Under the pieces are notes generated by a model. The model did not search any database. It was not told the DNA's origin and saw only the letters and a list, made by a program, of their open reading frames with translations. Of a stretch of DNA of 64,000 nucleotides, positions 9,756 through 22,096 are shown piece after piece. The position numbers and the translations under genes are program-made. This stretch comes from Marsupella aquatica (Eukaryota > Plantae > Marchantiophyta), in assembly GCA_973895155.1 (NCBI GenBank), contig OZ316891.1, positions 17,358,095 to 17,422,094 on the forward strand, in the 5' to 3' direction. How positions within the stretch are numbered: the first letter of the stretch is position 1; each line of letters starts with the position of its first letter.

Positions 9756-12700
9756 AGCCGGGGGTATGCCCTGTGCACGTCATCTAGGAGAGCAGATGAT
9801 GTGTGGATTCTTGATTGTGCTTGCTCTTTTCATATTTGTTACATTCGTGAGTTTTTTCAGTTCTTACTCTGTTTCAAACGGTTCAGTTCTGATGGGAAAT
9901 GATCACTCCTGTCAAATTGAGGGAATTGGGTCTGTGAAGATTCAAATGTTTGATGGCGCTGTGCGCACAGTGTCCAGAGTCAGGTATGTACCCGGCATGC
10001 GTAAGAATTTGATTTCACTTGGTGTGTTGGATTCAAATGGTCATCAATGGAGCGTTATTGATGGTGAACTTCAAGTCAGGTCGGGAGAGACAGTGATTTT
10101 GAAGGGGAGTAGACAAAAGAATTTGTATGTGTTACAAGGCAATACTGTATGTGGAGAGGCCAATGTAACCAAGTCTCACGAGGAGATGACTCAACTGTGG
10201 CATTCACGGCTAGGCCACATGAGTGAGAAGGGTTTGGCTATCTTACGGAAGAATGGACTCATTTCTGATTTGCAATCTTGTAAATTAGAGTTTTGTGAGC
10301 ATTGCATTCTTGGAAAGCAGCGTCGTCGTGCTTTTGGTGTTGGAACTCATCGTTCCAAAGCGGTTCTTGAGTACATACATAGTGACGTGTGGGGTCCATC
10401 CCCGACTCCCTCACACTCTGGAAAGTTGTACTATGTATCATTTATTGATGATTACTCAAGATTTGTGTGGATTTATTTCATGACGCATAAGTCTGATGTC
10501 TTGTCCATTTTTAAGAAGTGGAAGGCCCAGGTGGAGAATCAGACTGGAAACACGATCAAGTGTTTGGATACAAGGGTGAAGAGTCTGAGGTCAGACAACG
10601 GCGGGGAGTACACTTCAATGGAATTTGAAGAGTACTGTTCAGAACAGGGGATAACTCACCATCTCACCACAGTTTATACTCCGCAGCAGAATGGTGTCGC
10701 TGAGAGGCTCAATCGGACACTGTTGGAGCGGTCACGGAGTATGTTGAGCCAATCAGGTTTACCACAAGAATTTTGGGCAGAAGCTGTCAATACCGCAGCT
10801 TATTTGGTAAATCTTTCTCCTTCTAGTGCTATCAATTTCAAAACGCCGTTTGAGATGCGCTATAAGCGGCAAGCAGACTATCATGGCTTGGTAATTTTTG
10901 GAAGTGATGCATATGCTCTCACACCAAAGCAGAATAGGACCAAGTTGGATCCTACCTCCAGGAAATGTATTTTTCTTGGGTACCAGAGTGGTGTGAAAGC
11001 CTATAGGCTATGGGATCCTATTGCCTGTAAGCTCGTTGTCAGTAGGGATGTTTCCTTCAATGAATCCAGATTATTGAAGGAGGGGGAGAATACTCAGGTC
11101 TCCCGTACTGACAAAGGAAAATCTCCTATCCCGGATCTCGTTGAGGGGGAGATTGGTTATGAGGTGCATGACCGGAGAGAAGGAGTTGCTCCAATTATGG
11201 AGCTGGTTCCTGTGCCAGAGGAACCAGAGGAGTTTGTTGATGCTGGTGAGCAACAAGTGGATGCTGTTGAGCTTCAAATTGTACCAGCACACGCAGATCA
11301 ACCGGAGTCATCGGCTAGAAGAACATCTGGTCGCACTGTACGCGCTCCATCAAGGTATGGACAGTGGGTTGATTCATCTCAACTGCAAGAGGATGATTTT
11401 ATAGCTGATGATGAGGGTGATGCGTTAATTTTGGAAGAAGGAGAACCTTCTTCATTTCATGAGGCAAGTGCTTCAAAAGAGAAGCAGAAGTGGACTGCAG
11501 CAATGCAAACGGAGATGCAGTCACTAAAGGACAACAAAACTTGGGAGCTTGTTAAGCTGCCTAAGGGTCAGCAAGTGGTGGACAGCAAGTGGATTTACAA
11601 GCTGAAGGATAATTCCATAGGAGGTGGATCGAAGGTCTACAAGGCTAGATTGGTAGCAAAGGGATTCACACAAGAGAAAGGTGTGGATTACAATGAGGTC
11701 TTCTCACCAGTTGCTAAGTACTCTATAATACGACTATTGTGTGTACTTGTTGTAATGTTTGGTCTGCTCCTAGATCAGATGGATGTTGTCACAGCTTTCC
11801 TCTATGGCACATTGGAAGAGGTGATCTTCATGAGACAACCGCTAGGTTTTGTGAAGAGAGGACAGAAGGAATTGGTTTGCAGATTGCTGAAATCCTTGTA
11901 TGGGTTGAAGCAGTCACCAAGACAGTGGAACAAGCGGTTTGACGATTGAATTCGGTCACAAGGTTTTCACAGAAGTGTATTTGACCCTTGTGTGTATTTG
12001 AAACCGGTGAAGAATGTTGTCTTTGGGTTCATTATTTTAGTACTTTATGTGGATGACATGCTAATTGCAGCCAAGGATAGGTCTGAGATTGTTAAGCTCA
12101 AGGCACTGCTTAGTGCAGAGTTTAAGATGAAGGACTTAGGGCCAGCTAAGAGGATTTTGGGTATGAAGATCACTAGGGACTTGGAGGCTGGCAAGCTATG
12201 GTTGACGCAGAGCAGTTATGCGAGGAAGGTAATTGCAAGGTTCAACATGGAGAATAGCAAGCCAGTAAGTACCCCGTTGGCTCCACACTTCAAGTTATCA
12301 TCAGCGTTCTGTCCTACGGATGACACAGAGAAGGGGTTGATGTCAAAGGTTCCATATGACAAGGCAGTGGGGAGTCTCATGTATTTGATGACTTGCACTA
12401 GACCTGATCTTGCCATGGCTATGGGCAAGGTGAGCAGGTACATGTCGAATCCAGGGAAGGTACACTGGGAAGCAGTGAAGTGGATTATCAGGTACTTGAA
12501 GGGTACCGTGGATCATGGTCTTTTATTTGATGCGAATGCAAAGAATGCTAGATCATTGATTGGCTATGTAGATTCTGACTATGGACAAGATTTGGACCGA
12601 AGGAGATCAACAACAGGATACGTGTTCACACTTGGCGGTGGATGCATAAGTTGGAGGTCTACTTTGCAGAAGTGTATTGCTCAGTCTACTACAGAAGCGG

Positions 12701-13029
12701 AGTATGTTGCAGCTGCGGAAGCAGCAAAGGAAGCGATTTGGTTGGATAGACTTATCACTGAAATGGGATTGCCACAGGGGAATGTGAAGCTCCATTGTGA
12801 TAGTCAAAGTGCGCTCCACCTTGCTGTGAACCAGGTGATGGACAGCAAAGTGAAGCACATTGACGTCAGGTACTATTTTATCAGGCAGACTGTGTCTGAT
12901 AATTTGTTTGAGCTAGTTAAGATTGATGGTAAACTCAACCCGGCTGACGCATTTACCAAAGTGATTCCTTTGGAGAGTTTCTCTAGACACCGTGACGTAT
13001 TGCAGGTTTTGCAATTGCATCACAAGTAG
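9756..13029 (+). pseudogene. pol: copia pol (PR-INT-RT-RH) with one frameshift and one premature stop
   Basis: Continues in the gag frame after TGA (SRGYALCTSSRRADDVWILDCACSFHIC). An extra T in the T-run at ~9852-9857 shifts the frame; TGA at 11947-11949 lies inside RT; RNaseH ends at 13029. Confidence 0.92.
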
Positions 13030-13220
13030 AGTTTTCTTAAACATTCATTGTAATTACTGATATATACTCTTCCTCATTCCTATGTATTAGGCTACGGCTT
13101 AGTTCTGGTTTGCTCTAGTTAGAGAGGGAAACCGGTTTGGTTTCTGTCCAGAACTTCCCGCTGAGGGATCATATACATTGGCAGTATTACTCTCCCCTAG
13201 ACCAGAGTCAAGGGGAAGAT

Positions 13221-13640
13221 TGTTGGGTATTTACTCTTACGTCTAGGTTAGGTATGACGTGGTTGGTACAACAACGTGGGTTGGTACAACTACGTGGTTA
13301 GGTACAACTACGTGATTAGGTACAACTATGTGGTTAGGTACAACTACGTGATTAGGTACAACTATGTGGTTAGGTACAACTAAGTTGCACACTATATCAT
13401 AAGAGGCATGTGTGCTTGGAGAGGTAGAACCAAGGCTCATTGTTATGGAGCCACTTGAGAGATAGGGAGAGCTTACATGTGGAGACTCGGTATAGCCGAC
13501 GGGCTTAGAGTTCAGTAAAGCTCTCTTGTGTGTTCCCGTGGACGTAGCCTCAAGGAGGTGAACCACGTATCTCTTGTGTCGACTATTGTGCGTTGGATGG
13601 TTCATGGGCTTGCCGTTGCGATCGTCGTCTATGCTCAACA
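13221..13640 (+). repeat. 3' LTR of copia copy 2
   Basis: Preceded by the PPT AAGGGGAAGA; direct repeat of the 5' LTR. Confidence 0.97.
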
Positions 13641-15454
13641 GTATATACACTAGCATATTTTAGTTAGTGAATGTAACCTACACTCATTGTTATAGAGCCA
13701 ATTGGGAGGGAGATTGCTAATGATTTCGTGAGAAAATGTAATCTAAACAATGCAAACTATAAAATCCATCCTACTTGTCTAACATAACATGACTACCAGC
13801 TTCCCTTCCTACTCAGACTTCTCTCAGTTCAAAGCTTAAGCTCTGCCCTTCTCCATTTGGTGAATAATTGCGTCAAGGTCATAAAGCTATTAAACGCTAA
13901 TTCAAAACTTGGCAAAGTCAGATTTCATTGAAATCTCCAGAATCTTCAATTATTTGAAAGTACATTGACAAATAGGGTGACTACAATCTTCTGCAACAAG
14001 ACTCAGCTACTAGAAAGGGTTAGGGAACATAATAGACTCTCACAACTTGAGCTAAAGCTAATATTACATACATGATTGTTTTGACTCAAACAAGGCTTAA
14101 AAAATGTAACCAGGGTACACAAACTAATTAATTGAATTTCCGACTGGTATAGAACAAGCTTCCAGGCCCGGCCTAGGCAAGTACACTACACTAGATTCGG
14201 TTACCTTCCCTAGGATGTAGCTATGGTGCAGTAGACAATCAGAAGACTGCCTTGGAAAGGCGCGCTGAGTTTGGCAGCGTCGCTGCGAAGCGTGATGTGT
14301 ACTTTGTGTAGACTATAGAGCGCGGCACAGTGGGCTCCCACCCCGCGCTTCCTCGATCGCAGGTACTGTTTTCCTGAGAGCCACGATTTTTTTAAACTAA
14401 ACTATTGATTTCAAATCGTTCAAGGGATTTTTCACGTCAGATCGCGCGATTCGAGTGATTGTAATTTCCGCGACTTCGTGAATTTTCTCCGGTTTAGACT
14501 TCGCACGGTTTCGACAGAAGCAGGAGCAGCAGCTTGAGAAATTGTTACTGGTCGACGCATTTTCAGAAGAACGAACGAGATTGAGAATGTAAGTCAGTCT
14601 CCATGTTAATCAATTAAGGGCTTTCGCGTTTCATTTTTCATTTTATCCTGTTCACCTGTTGGTTTGGATAGTGGCCGGGGCTTGTGAGGTCGGCCGGAAC
14701 GCTACGAAGACAGAAGTAGAATTATGTTCTGCGTGGTGCTACTTACCTGGAGTAGTGGAAACAATGTCGAGTCGATCTCTAGGGTTGATGTTACGTGTTT
14801 GTGAGACTGCTTTTGGGGTTAGAAATGAGCACTACTGCTAGCAAGGAAGCTTAACTTTGCGGGAAGAGTCATCGTCCCACGGAGCATGGGAGTTTGAAAT
14901 AAATTTCGCGTCATTGCTACTAGAGGGTGGAAGAGTCCGGTCATCAGTTCGAACAGTATGAGAAGTCAGTTCGAACAGTATGAGAAGTGAGTTTCGACAC
15001 AAGGAGAGGGGCAAGTATTTTGGTCAATTGTTGCACTACGGATCTCGGTTGCGTCACAGAACATTGAGACGCGAGAAATCTACATCAGTAGGTCCAGGCA
15101 ATAATTTTTGTCATTGCTCGGGTCTTGATGTGATTTCACGGGGCTTTCACGTATGATGCGACACGCCCTTGTGAACGACTGTTTGCATCAGGCAACTGCG
15201 ATATAATTCTTTTCGCTTGCCTGGTTCTTTTAGAATTGCTGCTATCAGCATGTAAGCACCAGAGGAGAATATCTGTGGGAGCTGCTTTCAGAGCTTGAAA
15301 TGATGAGGAGGAATAAAGGAGAGATCTCTTGGTTTACTCTTAACGAGTCAGGCTCTGGCCGACAAGCTTCAGGAGTAGAGCTCAATGATGACTTGAAAGC
15401 ACTTCATTCATGTGCTTGAATGCTCCCGGGTGAATCGTTGGATGTTGTGCATTG

Positions 15455-18400
15455 ATGGAGGCTGCAGCAGAGGGCCTGTGGGCCCTTGCGGATGGTTGGG
15501 AAGAAAAGGGGCATATAGCGGAAGCCATAAAATGCTTGGAAGCCATCTGCCAAAGCCAGGTTTCGTTTCTTCCCATTACCGACGTGAAGACGCGGTTGCG
15601 CGTTGCATCGTTGCTCCTGCGCCACAGTGACAATGTAATGCACGCCAAGTCTCATTTAGAACGTGCGGTGCGTTATCTTCATCCTTTCGGGGACTTCGTT
15701 GTCTCTCTCGTCTCCAAAGTCCGCATTATTCCTTAATTACGAAGCGTTGCAACGCATTTTTTAGGACAGTTAAAAGTAGCATTCCGCTAAGATCTGTCCG
15801 AAATGTATTGACAAGAATTTCTTGACTGGGCAGCAATTGTTATTGAAGCAGCTTCCATCGTGTTTCGAGCTTAAATGCCGAGCATACAGTTTGTTGAGCA
15901 GATGCTACCATCTGTTAGGCACCATTCCGGCGCAGAAGCAAACTTTGAAGAAAGCATTGGACCTGACAAAGTCTGCCGAGAAAGGGTATGATCAACACAA
16001 ACTCCTAGGTTCCTTCACACGTTATTGAACGCCTCCTGACTAGACCTACATCTTGAACCAGTAAGAAGGCAAACCTGCTGTTCGGAAGGTCGCTTGCATC
16101 CGTCGTTCGATAATTATCCTCGTTGCTACCCTCTGTAGCTGCACTTCCGTGAATCTTAACGGAACGAAGCCATGAAAGTCGCTTCACAATACCGAAATCT
16201 CGTGATATCAGAAGAACATTTTAGAAGTGTGAAGATATTTCCTGTATCTGTGATGACACGGGCAGTGACTGCAAGTCTAAGGCAGACAAAGAACACTGAG
16301 TAAATGTATCGGTAATGAATGGATTTAAATTCCTTAAGGATTTTGCACCCTGACGCAATCTTCTGAACGCGGAAATAGCATTTTGAAACAAACAGCCTTG
16401 CAACAATCACGTCATTCCAGTACGACAGCTTGGAGTTTTAGAAGTGAGGTAACAAGCACAAAATGCAAACTAACATCAACGTTGGATGTACACCGCGAAG
16501 GGCAAAGCGTGATTACGGTTATAGAAAAGAAACTTGTCATCCTAACTTGTGGGGTCATAAGACAGAACACTTGCTTAGAAATTTATATCTTACCTCTGTG
16601 TAATGTCCAATTGGCGAAACCAGGAGATCAGTTTTGTTATGGGCATGCAACTTCAATCTCCAGCTTTCAAATGCTTTGACAACTGAAGGAGATCACGAGA
16701 CCGCCGTACAGGTTCTGCAGTCTGGTCTAGAGTTTTCTGAAGAAGCATATTGTCCAGATTTAGAGGTTAGTCCCTCGCCATTCTCACGCCTGTTTACAGT
16801 TGCAAATAGAGGTGAAGCTTATGAGAATGTATGGCAGTACTTTTTGTATTCTTTTCCTGCATGACATGTTTGCAATTTTAGCAGCATTACAGCCAAGGTA
16901 TCGGTGTGCTGGGCTCGTTTTTCCTATCTCTGTAATCAATCCTTCGGTATGTTAAACTGATGATTTTAATTTATCTTAATTTTTCTGTGGTTGCAGTTGA
17001 TGTTTTCAATCGCAATCCTACACGTTTATCTCATGCAGTGGCAAGATGTCAGCATTGTTGAGCAGGCCATCAGTCGCTGTGAGGGACTGTGGAACGTACT
17101 CTCTGCTGGAACTCACCAGGGGGCCCTTCTAGCGGTAAGATTTGCAGTGCTATGAAGCGTGTGGAACGATTCAGAATCAACAGTGCTTTTACTGCAGTAT
17201 TAGTAATACGTATGCGACATCTCTGGCGCATAAGCAAACAAAAAAACAAGGAAAGAACTGAATCGAACACCTCAGATCTGCATGCTATTCCAATACCAAT
17301 CATCTTGTGGCAGATGCCACTGGTTTACTAACAAAAGGGTCTGAAGTTCTGGTAACCTAAGAGACAGGGTAAACTTTGTGCTGGACGAAGACCAATCTGT
17401 ATTTGAGTGTATAGCAGCGAGCAGTCTAACCCTGCTTGTTTGCCTCGAAGGTGGTTGAGGTCATTGCTCACGCCACTCAAAAGTTCCGTCGTTATCAGCT
17501 GTAACAGAGTATCTAGATTCCGTAACTTCAGTACCGTACGGCATTGAAATAGTTGAAATTAAATAGCACGAGCCTGAATGCCCATTCTTTGAATGCAAAT
17601 AGAAACCATGACAAAAAGCATGCATGATCATCATTTAAGATACATCATACCATGAGTCTTTCCATCCACATGGTGGGGCATAGTGTTACGATCTAGAGGC
17701 TTCACTCTAGAAGCCTAGACCCCAGCTCTAGCTTGGGGTTCACGCTTTATAAGTAAGATGCACACAAAATATCAGAAAGATATATAGCTTCAATTCTTGA
17801 ACTGAGGCTATTTTGATGAATTTTTCTGTACGAATGAGAAACAAATAGTTGTGTTTTATGTATCTACCGTACCTGGAAATCGATTTTGAACGTTTGACAT
17901 TGACTGTGGAATGATTTCGATGCAGAAGCAAGCATATAAGGGCCTGTATGTGTACAAGGAGATGCTGAAGACTTTTCACTCTCTTCGATGTTGTAACTAT
18001 AGTGAAGCTACAATTTATGCGGATGTCCTTGATCAGGTGATGTCTGAGGACAGCAACCCATTTTTAACTGAGGAGCAAGTTCACGAACAACTACTGCTCT
18101 TGCAGCTGAAGCATTTAGAACAGCAACTGGGTCACGCCTTGCAGGCTTCAGCCAGAGCTGAGCTGCAAGTGCGACATCAAATTGTACAGCAGCAGCTGCT
18201 TGAGGTCTCGAGACAAATGCATTCCGTGGTGAAAAACGGGCTCACTCAAACAGACAAGCTCGCACTAGGTCCAGCTCCACTCGATGACGAGTGGCTTCCG
18301 AGGGGTGCTGTGATGGTCCTTGTTGACTTACTCAAATCTTTATGCATGCGGCCCAAAGGCATGTTTAAAGACTGTCATGGTCGTCTTGAAAGGGGGCTGT

Positions 18401-21144
18401 CTCGTATCAAAGGTCCGAACATGAGAATCTTTCAGTATTTATCATCGCCATGTTGTCTTGTGTGAGGAATATCTTTGGGTGTTTTAAAAGAGTGGTTATA
18501 TAGACAAAACATTGTGGTAGCCTATCGGAAGTAGTACTCGAGGCACAGTTAATAGCACAGTGGCGTCCTGATTACAATCAAAGGCGTTTAGACCACGATA
18601 ATTTGCAAAGAAACTCAACTAACACTTGGGTGCTAAACTTGTGTTCACAGATGATCTTGAGAAATTGGGGGTTACTGACACAACGTCTGGTAAGATACGT
18701 TCTCCCTTTTACCATGTTTGATGCTGTGAAATTGAGTAAGCTTTTCCTTGATGCAAACCCAGGGGTTGAATTTGATGTTAACAGGGTAAGGCTTGCATTG
18801 AACTAACGAAGGTTGTTGAATTGATCAGAGGCTGATCTGGCACATTCATCGATCTGGATTGTTGGAGTTTACCTAGTACTGTGGATTCAACTTTTGGAGA
18901 ACAAATCAATTATTTATCTTACAGAGACAGAATTTGTGGCGGGGCAAGAGGTGGGTGTTTGCACCAGGCTTTCCTTTCGGTCAATGAAATAGCATAGTAT
19001 TGTTGAATGCGCTTCGTAAAGCTGAAAATGTGACTGGTTCTTATGTCTGAACACAACTAGCACACTCTGTTTGAGATGTAATGTTGTCTGTCCTCGTGTT
19101 ATTTTCTTTCAAAGTTCTCAGCAGTTTATGGTTTTCTCCAGTTTGCACGATGGTGTAAGCTTTTCAGTACTGTCATCGTTAGACTCCTGCCTTTGTTCCA
19201 ATACGAAGTGATCGGTCAGACTGTTGTTGATAGGCTCTTGGACAGATACTGGATTGCTACCGGCGTTTCCCGACTATGCTTCAGAGTTGTGAGAGCAACA
19301 TCCACATGCTTGTAGGACACTACGCCCAATCCATGGGATCTTTTCACGAGGCTACAATGCATTTCGTGGAGGCTTCTAAGGTATACATGGAACTGACCTG
19401 CCGCACCAACAGCATCGATAACCCGACAGGATCCCTTCGGGACATGTTTAACTGGATTTGATGCGTCTGCCTTCCATTCTTTCTGTTATTAAATAGCCTT
19501 GTTTCATCCAAAGCAAGGCAGGTTATTGATGCTTGAACAGTTATGCCAACAAGGTCAACATACTATATCTTCTCCTAGAATAATTATCTCCGACAAGAGG
19601 TGGAATTGAAGAATGTCCTAAAAAGTTGCTCCATCCTTTGTTTGTGCAGTTGACAGATAGCAAGAGTATGCAGGCAATGAGCCAGATAAATGCAGCTTTG
19701 TCGTATATCTGTCTTGGAGACTTGTCGCAGGTCCTTTCTTAAAGAATCTTCCATTCTCTGTTGTCTCTTTGTGTATTCCATTGTTTAACATTCTCTGTTG
19801 GGTTTGGCTGCCTTAATTTCTTTTCGACTGCACATGTCTTGAGTCTTGGTGCTATAGTTGAGTTAAAGGGCATTCAAACTGTCCCATTTGCATGAAATAT
19901 TTGTGGTGCTTGGCTATTACTTAAAAAAGTTTTAGTGGAAGGTGCAATCACAGACCGTAGTTGAGGGATTGAGCTTGATTTTGGTGATGCAGGCACTGGA
20001 CTTAATAGGGCCTGTTTACAGGAACATGGATTCCTATACGGGTGTCCGTGAGAAGACTAGTGTTCTTTTTGCGTCAGGTGTTTTAAATATGAAGCAGGGC
20101 AATTTGCAAGAAGCCCGGTAAGAGACTTGGATTATATGCTGGTACTGGTAATGTTTCTCTTTACTTGTTTGAATGCTAAAGGTGAGGTGTAGGTGTTAAC
20201 GCTTTCCAATTTAGTGTGCGGACTCGAAGTAGAGGGATTCTGCCAGTTCCTCTGTCAATTCTTCTGTTTCAACTAGGGTCATTTCTGTATACCTTCCTCT
20301 GACTTCTTGCCCTTATGTGTGTTTAGATATCGACGGATTGTTCACATTCTGGCAATTGTAAGATTCACTACAAATTTTCATCGCCCTTCGGATTGTGTAA
20401 TTATAGCCGTTCTTTATGTTTGCAGGACACGGTTAGCAGCAGGACTGACGTTAACACATAAGCAATTGGCCAATCACCAATTATTGTCACAATATTTGAC
20501 AGTTCTAGGTGGTATGGCAACTGTATTAAATGACACAGGCCAGGCCCGTGACATCCTTAAGTCTTCTTTCACATTAGCAAAGGCACTCCGTGATCTTCCC
20601 ACCCAATTGGGAGTACTTTCAGAGTTGACTGGTATAATCTTTAACTAAACACTTTGGGCATTTTGCTGTGATCTGTTGGGAGAACAACCTGTCTTTTTCT
20701 TTGTTGCTGAGACATTGTTCTGGTGATTGGCTCAGCGCTTTGGCGAGTTCTTGGAGAAACTGCCAAAGAGCTAGAGAACTCTGAATATGGATCTCGCAAA
20801 ACAGAAGAGCTTATGAGGTGCATCACTGCTGCTCAAGCATCTGGTCTGCACACCCAATTGCTGGAGGTACTACACAAGATCCACACTCAGCTGCACCATT
20901 GCAAGTCTCTTCGAGTCTTGATGTCGAATGCCTCACACATTTACCCTGTTATTATGCACCAATACATTCAGTTATTTCCAGTTTGGATTGAGTTGCCGCG
21001 AACAAGGACTCTTTGATCGCTGCAGTCTTTGGAACAATTGATCTTTGGAGGATTAGCGAGTCATGACAGTTGCTATTGATTTAGTGGTCCAATTCAAAGT
21101 GCACTAATGTCGATGCGTTTGGGATGCAGTTTGGTCTCTCCTAG
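15455..21144 (+). CDS. SCC4: sister chromatid cohesion protein SCC4/MAU2 (cohesin loader subunit), multi-exon
   Basis: Exon 1 MEAAAEGLWALAD...IKCLEAICQSQVSFLP...HAKSHLERA matches the plant SCC4 N-terminus as I recall it. Later GT-AG exons include CFELKCRAYSLLSRCYHL, LGPAPLDDEWLPRGAV, ALDLIGPVYR, REKTSVLFASG and QARDILKSSFTLAK. The last micro-exon (FGLS*) is less certain. Confidence 0.92.
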
Positions 21145-22096
21145 GATTATTTACAAATAATTACCAGCTTGGTCATCCTCCAAAGATTGGATGGCGCTGA
21201 AGATGACCAACCGTCTCCATGTATCCTAAATTAGCACAGCCAGGTGTGGTTTCTTGCATCTTTAATGCCTTTTGTGCCGGAGTTTTGCGTTCTACAATGC
21301 CCAGCCTAAACCCTAAACTCGTGGTGGTGATATTTGCATCAGGAAAAAACTACATTAGATCTTGGGCTGTCATATCGAGCCATGGAGTTGCTGTCTGACT
21401 GTACTCTCGCAAGTAACTGGGCAGCAACGGTTACATGTAACGACCAGCAAAATCGGAAGATAGTTTAGAGAGTTTGTCCATGGGCCACGGATCCTAGGCT
21501 GCCAAGTTTTGTAAATTCAAGTTCAGTTTATAAAATTGTTCAGGTTCCAATTAGGGCTTCTCCATTAATGAAGCCTGTTGTACATTTACAAAAATTCAAT
21601 CATTTTTGCATAGCGTGTAAAGGATAACGTGTAAAGGATAAATCACTGCAATCAAATATACAAGGGCAATCAAAGTTACAAGCATCTCACATTGCAATCA
21701 AATGTTAAATTGTGGATCTGGACCAAGTGTAATGTGTAGCGAGCAAACACTCCAATACATGCGAAAAGAGTAACATTGACAAAGCACGAGATTTTTGCGC
21801 TGCTGATTAACATCAGTTGAGCTGCCTTTTAATTCACCAAGTAAGCTCCGTTACAATTATTCATACCTATGGGACAAGAATTCGTAGTGGCTGGCAGCCA
21901 CTATTTTACTAAAGGGGATTTAGTGGTTACTCTTCCCCTTCTCTTTAGAATATTTAACAGAGCAGAGGAAGACCGAAAGTCATAGATTTGAGAAAAGTGT
22001 ACAACTCAGGTTGTCCACAATACTCAACGCAGCATATTCGATTTTCAAATACATTACTACGAAGTAAAAAAACGTTGCCTGCAGTTGTACAAGGGC

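Larger units (their letters stand above)
7147..13640 (+). mobile_element. full-length Ty1/copia LTR retrotransposon (copy 2), recent insertion
   Basis: LTRs 7147-7566 and 13221-13640 (TG...CA, 420 bp, one visible mismatch). TSD GTATA at 7142-7146 and 13641-13645, PBS at 7569, PPT before 13221, complete gag-pol domains. Confidence 0.98.

Noticed and set aside
9646-9850. N-terminus of the 767-aa ORF as an overlapping pol start, implying a programmed frameshift
   Set aside because: The protease motif lies in the gag frame up to the T-run, so the ORF-track N-terminus is out-of-frame sequence.
13030-13220. Possible env-like or extra 3' ORF (Sirevirus-type)
   Set aside because: Only ~190 bp lie between the pol stop and the PPT in both copies; no ORF.
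21305-21318. CCTAAACCCTAAAC telomere-like motif
   Set aside because: Fewer than two full units; too short to call an interstitial telomeric array.
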